DNA of 64,000 nucleotides from a virus. The stretch's first letter is position 1; each line of letters starts with the position of its first letter. The DNA is taken from IMG/VR virus record IMGVR_UViG_3300043787_000046, positions 4,833-68,832 of that record; one strand, given 5' to 3'. Below are positions 57,137 through 64,000 of the stretch, piece by piece. Position numbers and translations under genes: made by a program. Under the pieces are notes generated by a model. That model was not told the DNA's origin. It did not search any database and saw nothing but the letters and a program-made list of their open reading frames with translations.

Positions 57137-57656
57137 CTACCTCGGTTCCAGGGAGGACGCGCCCCTCATCTCCAGCATCCAGCGCGCACCGGTGACAGGT
57201 TGCCGGGTCACCGGGGATGAAATCCGGGTGACTGTGACCGGCCTCGGGGACCGGTGGTTCAAGCCCCAGGCCGGCCGCCGACGCGAACGCCTGCGCCACA
57301 GCACGTTTATGCGCACGACCGAAACCGCCCAACGCGAACTGGTCCTCCCCCAGCGCCACAGCGAAATCAAGGATGCGCAGCTCTGAGGAGGCAGCAGGCA
57401 GCGGCCGATCCTGGCCTTTGCGCCGGTAGCCGCAGTCGATGAACTCGCGGGCCTCCTCCCAGTTGATCCGGGCGATAAGGCCCGGCGCGTACTGGGTGAT
57501 GCACGCACCTTTGAAGTCAGGACGCCGCAGCCACGTCGAATGCCAGATCAGCAACTCGACGGCTGCCCGCTCATGGTCTGTCCTGCCGCGCACCCAGCCC
57601 CGGAGACCCTTAGCGAGATCTTCTGGGCCGATCTCGGCCACCTTGTTGTTATCCAT
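57123..57656 (-). CDS. Hypothetical protein
   Basis: AAVELLIWHSTWLRRPDF motif. Confidence 0.55.
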   Translation of the reverse strand: MDNNKVAEIGPEDLAKGLRGWVRGRTDHERAAVELLIWHSTWLRRPDFKGACITQYAPGLIARINWEEAREFIDCGYRRKGQDRPLPAASSELRILDFAVALGEDQFALGGFGRAHKRAVAQAFASAAGLGLEPPVPEAGHSHPDFIPGDPATCHRCALDAGDEGRVLPGTEVDDDC

Positions 57657-57963
57657 CGCTAGTCCTCTCCCGCCGTCAGAACGGCGATTCACAGTCGCAT
57701 TCGCCGCCGTCATGAACATTGGCGCGGTGGCGTTCTGCCACGGCAGCCCACTCCGCGTCGATCTCAGCCTGAGACGGGGGCGGGCAGTCACACGCCGCAC
57801 CGAAGTGGGCTTCGTCGCAGTGCTTCGCGTACCCGATCGCGTCCCAGTCGGGTTCGGGTGGTTCGCGCTGAGTACCGTCCGGGTTGATGTAACCCATCGC
57901 CACGCTGTCTTTGTATTCCTCGTAGTGGTCATCGCCGTCATCGTCGTAACCGGTGCTCACCGT

Positions 57964-58323
57964 TCACTCCTCTCCCTCCATGACGGTCAGCTCAGCGACC
58001 GCCTCTTCAACGGTCGCGCGGATCATGAAGACCCTCTCCAGCCCGCTGGCGGCGAACATGGCCGCCAGGTGCGAGCCCTCCCGTATCACCAGGGTGACCC
58101 CTCCGTCATGCCTGCGGGCGCGGCTGAGCGCCCCGACGATGACGCCGAGGCCGATGGAGTCCGCGTACGGGACAGCTGACAGGTCCAGGACGAGGAAGTG
58201 CCGGCCTGCGGCTATCAGGCTGATGGTCAGGGTCCGGAGGGCCGGGGCGGTTCCGGCGTCGAGGTCCCCCCGGACGGTGATGACCTCTGCGGGGCCGGAG
58301 GGGTAGTGGGTGGGGGCGGTCAC
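57964..58323 (-). CDS. Anti-sigma-factor antagonist (STAS domain)
   Basis: VRGDLDAGTAPAL...LVLDLSAVPYADSIGLGVIV. Confidence 0.85.
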   Translation of the reverse strand: MTAPTHYPSGPAEVITVRGDLDAGTAPALRTLTISLIAAGRHFLVLDLSAVPYADSIGLGVIVGALSRARRHDGGVTLVIREGSHLAAMFAASGLERVFMIRATVEEAVAELTVMEGEE

Positions 58324-58964
58324 GGCGCGCATTTCTCGCCATCCTCGATGCACATGCAGCCATCGAGGTCGTCCTCGTCGTTGTGTACCCAGCCGTCCCA
58401 GGTCTGCTTGATCTCGTGCGAGCAGGTGAAGCACCACTTATCGGTCCACATCGGCTCTCCCCTCGGGCCTCATGTCGCTATCCACCTGGTCGCCGCGCGC
58501 CCTGCGGGCGACCCCGCCACCTTCTCGGCCCCCCTTCGCGGCTGCCTCCTGCTCGCCGAGCGCAGCCTCAAGCGTCATGCCGTGCTCCAACTCGTTCATC
58601 CGGGCCAGCGTGTAGCGGGCGTGCTTCTCCCGCGCCTTCGCGTCGCGGTAGGCCTTCGCGCCGAGCGCGAACTCGCTCGCCGACGCGCCCGCGAGAACGA
58701 GGGCGTCCATCTCGGAGCGGATCGAGTCCCACCAGCGGCGGGGCACTGCATCGCCGGGCAGCTCCGGAGCGGGCGTCTCGGCAGTCACCGCGACCGCCTC
58801 CTTCCGCCACGCTTGCCAACGGGGGCCGACACGCCGAGGCGGCCGATCCCGTCCCTTGTGCCGGCACCCACCCAGGTACGGCCTTTGCCGAGGGGGACGG
58901 AGACACGGAAGCGGAACGGGCCGAAGCCGAAGGACTGGGAGATGCGGAGGCGAGGTGCCATGAG

Positions 58965-59351
58965 TCAGCCCTCCTTTGTCTCGGGCGCGAACGTGCGGAC
59001 CGGCACGAAGCCGGGAGCGGCGAAGTCCTCCAGCTCGGGATTGGAGCAACTGGAGCCGTTCCAGTAGACGCGGGGCGCGAACAGGTGCTTGCGCTCATAG
59101 GCGTCAAGGTTGTCGATGCCGTGCGTGTCCAGGCGGACAGACGCTCCGGTGACCTCATGGCGGAAGGTGAATCCCCATCGCCCGTCGCCGTGGTCCTCGC
59201 CGCCATCCAGCAGCGTGACGCCGGTCAGCCCCTCGGCGTGCATCGCGGCGAGCCACTCCTCTGCCGTGGCGCGGGCCGTGGCGTACGTGTTCGCCCACCC
59301 GTCACCCGGTTCCCCGATGCGGGAGCCGGGGTTGATGATCACCGCAGTCAC
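58965..59351 (-). CDS. Hypothetical protein
   Basis: Coupled ORF, PRVYWNGSS motif. Confidence 0.5.
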   Translation of the reverse strand: MTAVIINPGSRIGEPGDGWANTYATARATAEEWLAAMHAEGLTGVTLLDGGEDHGDGRWGFTFRHEVTGASVRLDTHGIDNLDAYERKHLFAPRVYWNGSSCSNPELEDFAAPGFVPVRTFAPETKEG

Positions 59352-59770
59352 CGGTCAGCCCTCCAGCATCCGCTTGCGCCACGCGATGATCCGGTGCGCG
59401 TGCCGCAATGCCCGGGGTTGCCCCTCAGGAACGCCGGCGTCTCGTCGTAGCCGACTCGCTGGAATGCCGCCGCATCGCGGGCCTCGGACGGCAGGTGGCC
59501 GCGGGCTTCGTACCATTCGACGAGACTGTCGCGCGGTGTCTCGCCGTCCTCGTCGCCGCCATCGCCGTCCTCTGCCATCTCCTGCTCGCAGGCGATGATG
59601 GCCGCTTCCGCGTCGTCGAGGATCTTGCGGAGGGCCGGGAACTGGTCCCGTTCGATCTGCACCGAGGGCAGTTCCAGGGTCGTGTAGTCACGGCGGACCG
59701 TGACCTCGGTTCCCTCGAAGCCGGTCAGGGTGCCGATCTTGACGTGGGCGTTCGGGTCGGAGTTGGTCAT
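59348..59770 (-). CDS. Hypothetical protein
   Basis: RBS GGAAAGG; coupled ORF. Confidence 0.5.
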   Translation of the reverse strand: MTNSDPNAHVKIGTLTGFEGTEVTVRRDYTTLELPSVQIERDQFPALRKILDDAEAAIIACEQEMAEDGDGGDEDGETPRDSLVEWYEARGHLPSEARDAAAFQRVGYDETPAFLRGNPGHCGTRTGSSRGASGCWRADR

Positions 59771-60089
59771 GGTCAGTTCTGCCTTTCCTGCCGGGCCAGC
59801 CGCTCGCCCTCGTCGTCGAGCTGGCCGGGTGAGGTTGCGGTGATGCCTGCGGCGGTCGCGGCGGCACGGAGGGGGGCGAGGGGGTCGGGCCGCTCGGCGT
59901 CCACCTCGTCCTGGCAGGCGTCGCAGATCAGCTCTCCGGGCTCGTCCATGTCGTTGGCGAGCCTCGGGTACTGGCCGGGCTCGTACATCAGGTCGAACGT
60001 CTTGCGGCAGAGTCCGCAGGTGTCCGAGATGCCGGTACCGGGACCCTGGTAGGCGGGAACGCTGAGGTCGGTAACTGTCAAGGTCATTG

Positions 60090-60491
60090 TCAGGCCGCCT
60101 TCGTCATCGAGCGGCGGACCCGCCGCGCCGGGATCGCCATGAGCCGCACCGCGCCGATGTGCGCGCAGGGCTTGACGGTCGCGCTGGACCGGCGGACACC
60201 CCACGGGCAGGTGCAGATGCCGGACTCGTGGATCTTGTAGGTCCGGTCACCGGAGGGGACCAGCCACACGCCGGGACGGGCTGAGCGGATGACGGCCTTG
60301 TCGGCGACGAGATCCAGTGCCTTCTCCCGCTGCGTGTCGTTCAGGCCGTCGAGGGCGTGCTCGCGGGCCTCTCGGCGGATGCGGGCGCGGCAGCCGGGGC
60401 CGTAGCCCGCGGCGACCGATCCGGCGGACCGGATTTTCCGGCCGCAGCGCAGGCACCTGGCCTCGTGGCTGGCGGTGGTACCGGTGGTCAT
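60090..60491 (-). CDS. Zn-ribbon plus SWIM zinc-finger protein
   Basis: CLRCGRKI...GYGPGC and CTCPWG...CAH. Confidence 0.7.
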   Translation of the reverse strand: MTTGTTASHEARCLRCGRKIRSAGSVAAGYGPGCRARIRREAREHALDGLNDTQREKALDLVADKAVIRSARPGVWLVPSGDRTYKIHESGICTCPWGVRRSSATVKPCAHIGAVRLMAIPARRVRRSMTKAA

Positions 60492-60514
60492 CGCTGCCCT
60501 CCCCTTGTCGTTTC

Positions 60515-60582
60515 TGTACTTACACTTTAGCATGTAAGTGTAAGTACAAGTCAAGGGGTGATGATGGATTCCCGTAAGTACA
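60515..60582. promoter_or_regulatory. Inverted-repeat operator in a divergent promoter
   Basis: tgtacttacactt-N8-aagtgtaagtaca perfect 13-bp inverted repeat plus extra gtaagtaca at 60574-60582. Confidence 0.7.
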
Positions 60583-60599
60583 CGTGCGATAATCAGCCG

Positions 60600-60797
60600 G
60601 TGCCCAGACCGCCGACAGGCAAGACGCCCAACCGCAACCTCCGCGTCGTCGACGAGGTATGGAAGCCGGCGCTCGCCAGTGCCAAGACCCAAGGGCAGAC
60701 CATCACCGACGTGATCACGCAGTTCCTGCGCTGGTACCTGCGGCATCCCGGTGCGAAGCTCCCCGAGCGCCCTCCACGTCAGCCTCCCGCCGCCTAG
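60600..60797 (+). CDS. Ribbon-helix-helix-like DNA-binding protein
   Basis: TPNRNLRVVDEVW..A...G.TITDVITQFLRWY. Confidence 0.7.
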   Translation: MPRPPTGKTPNRNLRVVDEVWKPALASAKTQGQTITDVITQFLRWYLRHPGAKLPERPPRQPPAA

Positions 60798-61115
60798 CCC
60801 GTTCACGCCTGCCCGCGCTCCCCGCTCACGGCCTGAACGACCCGTCGGGCACGACCTCGGCAAGCTTCCGCGCCTCCCGCCCCCGCTCGCACTGCCTGCG
60901 CCACGCCAGGTCCTCGATGCTCATCGACGGCGGCCGGGTCTTCTCCTCGGCGCGGACGAGGACCTCTTCCAGCGTCTCGCCGCCGAAGCTCCTGCCGCAG
61001 AACGGGTTGCCGAACTGGCCACGCGGCCACCACAGGACCAGCGGGCCGTCGCCGCCCTGGTGGATGCGGGCGACTCCCCGCGCGTTCAGGCGCCGCCATG
61101 CACGGTCGGCGGGAG

Positions 61116-61349
61116 TCACGGAGCACTTCCGCACTCGGCGCACAGCCAGCAGCCGTCACCATCGGCGCGGATCTGGTCACCGGCCTTGATGTCCTCCCAG
61201 CACCCGGAGCACATGCCGGGATGGCCCGCAGTGATCCAGGGACCGTAAACGCCGGGTTCGGCGGACTCCTTCTCAAGCCTCTTCTCCGCTCCGGTGCAGT
61301 GGCCGCACTGATCTACCAGGAGGTCTGTGAGGTCGCAGCGCACCGTCAT
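61116..61349 (-). CDS. Small Zn-binding protein
   Basis: RCDLTDLLVDQCGHC...CSGC...CAEC. Confidence 0.6.
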   Translation of the reverse strand: MTVRCDLTDLLVDQCGHCTGAEKRLEKESAEPGVYGPWITAGHPGMCSGCWEDIKAGDQIRADGDGCWLCAECGSAP

Positions 61350-62704
61350 GCCGCCTCCCCATCCCGGCCGCACGCAAGCGCCTTGAAGATGCCGGGGAAT
61401 TCCAGGTGCCAGTGGAAGAACTGGTGCTGCCGTTTCAGGTCCGCGAGAACGGCTTCAGCTTCCGGGGACAGCTGCCCTCCGGCGGCGATGTGCAGGAGCG
61501 TCCCCGTGGTCACGGGCTCGGCGTTCCCGTCGTGAGGCCACATGAATGCCGCGCACCATGCGTCGGCGACACGCTTGGCGAGTCGCACCGGGGCCGCGTC
61601 CTCGAGTATCCGGTGCGCTATCGCCGGAGTAGGAGCGGCGAGCGCGCAAGCGCGTGCCTCGTCCATCCTTGCCGGCGCGTCCATGGCGGCCGGCAGCCCG
61701 TTCAGCATCGCCTGCCGCTCTGCCTTGTTCTTGCGCCGCGCTGCCGTGACGAGCTCCCGGCGGTCCCCTCCGATGACCGTGTACGCCTTGTCGGGGATGC
61801 CCTTGGCCAGCAGCGCGGGCGTGGACCCGATCAGGGCATTGCCGCACTTGACGTGATGCCCCAGGTACGGGCTGGGGAGCCCGGGAACGTAGGCTTCGGC
61901 GGCCAGGACCAGGCGGGTGAGGTCGACCGTAAGCGGATTCAGGTCGACGGCGTGGATCAGCTCCGTAATCACGTCGCGCCGGGCTCTGGGAAGTTCTTCT
62001 TCGATGCTGCGGTCGTGGCCTGCCCGGAACATCGCGAGGTGCCAGGCGATGAGGCGGGCTGCCCGGAGCGGGAAGATCCCGGCCCCGCACGCCGGGTCGC
62101 AGACAGTCAGCTCCTGGAACGCTTCTTCCGGGGTGCCCGGCATTATCCGGGGGGCCGTATATCGCGTTCCGTTGCCGCTGCTCACCAGCGGCGCGTCGCG
62201 GACGCCGCCGTCGGCGGTCAGCGCCTCCAGGATCTGCGGCAAGAGGGTGGTCTGGAGCAGACGGTCGACTAGCTCGGGGTTGGTGTAGAAGGAGCCGGTC
62301 TTCTTCCGGAGGTAGCGGGTTCCCAGGTCACTGCACACTGCCCCGGCAGCCGCCGCCTCCGTGACGCAGCACCTGGTGTCGTGCGCCGCACACCAGTGGC
62401 GCCCGGCGAAGTCGATGCCCCGCGGGCAGGTGGCCAGGACTGCCAGCACCCGGGCCATCGCTGTCAGCACCGCTTCCCCGTCGCTGGTCTCACCGAAAAT
62501 GGCCTTGTCGGCGGAGCACGCGATGATGTCGGCATCTCCGCTGAGATCATCCGCTGACACGCCGGACGCTGTGGCCTTCTCCACGGCCGCTTCCAGGCGC
62601 TCGCCGAAGTCCTCGCGGATGGCGATCAGGTCGGGGTCTCCGGCGCTGGCAAGAGGGTCGTCTGCTAGCCGGAGGACAAGCAGCTGACCGCGCGGTTCGC
62701 TCAC
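61346..62704 (-). CDS. N6-adenine DNA methyltransferase-like protein lacking the NPPY/W half
   Basis: GSFYT, VCDPACGAGIF, AVDLNP, KCGNAL, FHWHLEFP; stops before motif IV. Confidence 0.75.
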   Translation of the reverse strand: MSEPRGQLLVLRLADDPLASAGDPDLIAIREDFGERLEAAVEKATASGVSADDLSGDADIIACSADKAIFGETSDGEAVLTAMARVLAVLATCPRGIDFAGRHWCAAHDTRCCVTEAAAAGAVCSDLGTRYLRKKTGSFYTNPELVDRLLQTTLLPQILEALTADGGVRDAPLVSSGNGTRYTAPRIMPGTPEEAFQELTVCDPACGAGIFPLRAARLIAWHLAMFRAGHDRSIEEELPRARRDVITELIHAVDLNPLTVDLTRLVLAAEAYVPGLPSPYLGHHVKCGNALIGSTPALLAKGIPDKAYTVIGGDRRELVTAARRKNKAERQAMLNGLPAAMDAPARMDEARACALAAPTPAIAHRILEDAAPVRLAKRVADAWCAAFMWPHDGNAEPVTTGTLLHIAAGGQLSPEAEAVLADLKRQHQFFHWHLEFPGIFKALACGRDGEAA

Positions 62705-63150
62705 AGGAGCCCTCCAGCCATTGTCAGGTCATCGATGAGCGGCGGAACGTCCAGAGGCTCCCCGTGGATGTCCCTGAGCCAGGTGACTTCGACGGAGCTG
62801 GTCCGGGAGCTGAACCGCGGGTGTCCCGGCGGGCGCATCACCAGCTCACCGTCGTCGCGGACGCCGGCGTCCCAGTGCACCTCGGCAGCGATCGACGGGA
62901 TGCGGCGCTCCTTGCCGAACTGGCGTCGCTGAAGTTCCCGCGGCGTCGGCGGATCCTCATGGTCGGTCTCCTTGTGCAGGAACGGCAGGCAGCGGCCCTT
63001 CAGGCCCCGTTCCCACGCCTCGACGTTCACCTGCTCGGGCAGGTATCCGCAGTAGTCCCCGGCACGCTCCTGCGCGGCCCGCGCCTCGGCCCCGGTGCAG
63101 TGGCCGCACTGCTCGACGAGGAGGTCAGTAAGGTCGCAGCGCTCAGCCAT
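62701..63150 (-). CDS. Zn-binding hypothetical protein
   Basis: MAERCDLTDLLVEQCGHCTGAE. Confidence 0.55.
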   Translation of the reverse strand: MAERCDLTDLLVEQCGHCTGAEARAAQERAGDYCGYLPEQVNVEAWERGLKGRCLPFLHKETDHEDPPTPRELQRRQFGKERRIPSIAAEVHWDAGVRDDGELVMRPPGHPRFSSRTSSVEVTWLRDIHGEPLDVPPLIDDLTMAGGLL

Positions 63151-63701
63151 CACAGGAGTCCCGTCGTCGAGACTGTCGTGACCCTGCGCGGCAGTTCCGT
63201 CTTCTCGTCGCCCCACTCGCCGCATTCGCCGTTATGCGCCCGGTAGCAGCCGTTACGCTGCCACGACTCCGCTGGGCAGGTGCACCATCCGGGCTGGCCA
63301 GGGCAGCGCGGGCAGCCGGGGTGCGGGCAGGCGCACCAGTGCTGCCCGGCGAACGTGACTCCGCCGGGCTGGCAGGCCAGCACCGCGAGCCCGCGGGCGA
63401 GGAAGTTGAAGACCTCGCCGGGGCTGTACGTCGCCTGGCCGCGAGCACAGACGGGGCACCTGCTCGCGGCACGATCCTCGGCGGTGACGGCAGGCGGGTG
63501 CGCCTCATGCGCGGCCAACTCCTTAGCGCCGTGGCCGAACCTGACCGACGAACCGTACTGGAGGGTGTCACCCTGGCTCCCGACCGCGCTGCTGCACGTC
63601 TTCGCGATCTGCTGCCGGATTTCAGCGGGCAGCCCCCGGACCTCCTCGATGTACAGCGGGACGATCGCCTCCAGGCTGCCGGTGAGCACGTCGTCATTCA
63701 C
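63150..63701 (-). CDS. Hypothetical protein, paralogous to the N-terminus of the MTase-like ORF
   Basis: LARGLAVLACQPGGVTFAGQHWC versus MARVLAVLATCPRGIDFAGRHWC. Confidence 0.55.
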   Translation of the reverse strand: MNDDVLTGSLEAIVPLYIEEVRGLPAEIRQQIAKTCSSAVGSQGDTLQYGSSVRFGHGAKELAAHEAHPPAVTAEDRAASRCPVCARGQATYSPGEVFNFLARGLAVLACQPGGVTFAGQHWCACPHPGCPRCPGQPGWCTCPAESWQRNGCYRAHNGECGEWGDEKTELPRRVTTVSTTGLL

Positions 63702-64000
63702 GCAGATTCCCCTTCCCTGTGCGCTTTCGCCGCGTACCGCGCCCGGTTGTAGGCGTTGTGCGCCTCGCGGCACCCGCACCCCTCCGTGGACTCCCCGCGC
63801 TTCTGGTGCGCCCAGTAGCCCTTTTTCGTCCCGCACGGGGGACGGGTGCCCTCGCGGGGCGCGCGGGAGAACACGGCGCTTCCCGCGCCGCTCAGGGACC
63901 CTCCCGGAGGACGGGCATCTCCCCGGAGTGCCGGGCCTCCTCGATCGCGGCGAGCACCGCGGCTTTCCCCCGCGCGGCGACTTCCGCCCCCGTCGCGGGC

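Overview
High-GC (~70%) temperate actinobacterial siphovirus-like genome segment, apparently in its free (non-integrated) form, since an intact attP for tRNA-Thr(CGT) lies next to a tyrosine integrase with phage genes on both sides. Left half (1-37.9 kb): head, tail and lysis operon (portal-NUDIX, MuF-like, XkdF-like protease, major capsid, tail tube, chaperones, tape measure, GH135-like and beta-helix tail proteins, GH25 endolysin), interrupted by small antisense gene cassettes. Middle (38-51.5 kb): an accessory block. It holds a protein gene followed by a ~330-nt RNA with two circularly permuted tRNA-like modules, a type I-E cas1-cas2 pair with a 13-repeat array but no effector genes in the window, and a glycosyltransferase/GH26 cassette. 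Right: xis, repressor, integrase, attP and many small early genes. Most striking observation: at 38624-38712 a 33-bp piece of the phage's own tail gene (28204-28236, AAG PAM) sits inside an unrelated gene between 28-bp target-site duplications. This is the exact footprint of type I-E Cas1-Cas2 spacer integration outside the array. All protein family calls are from motif recognition by eye, not database searches.
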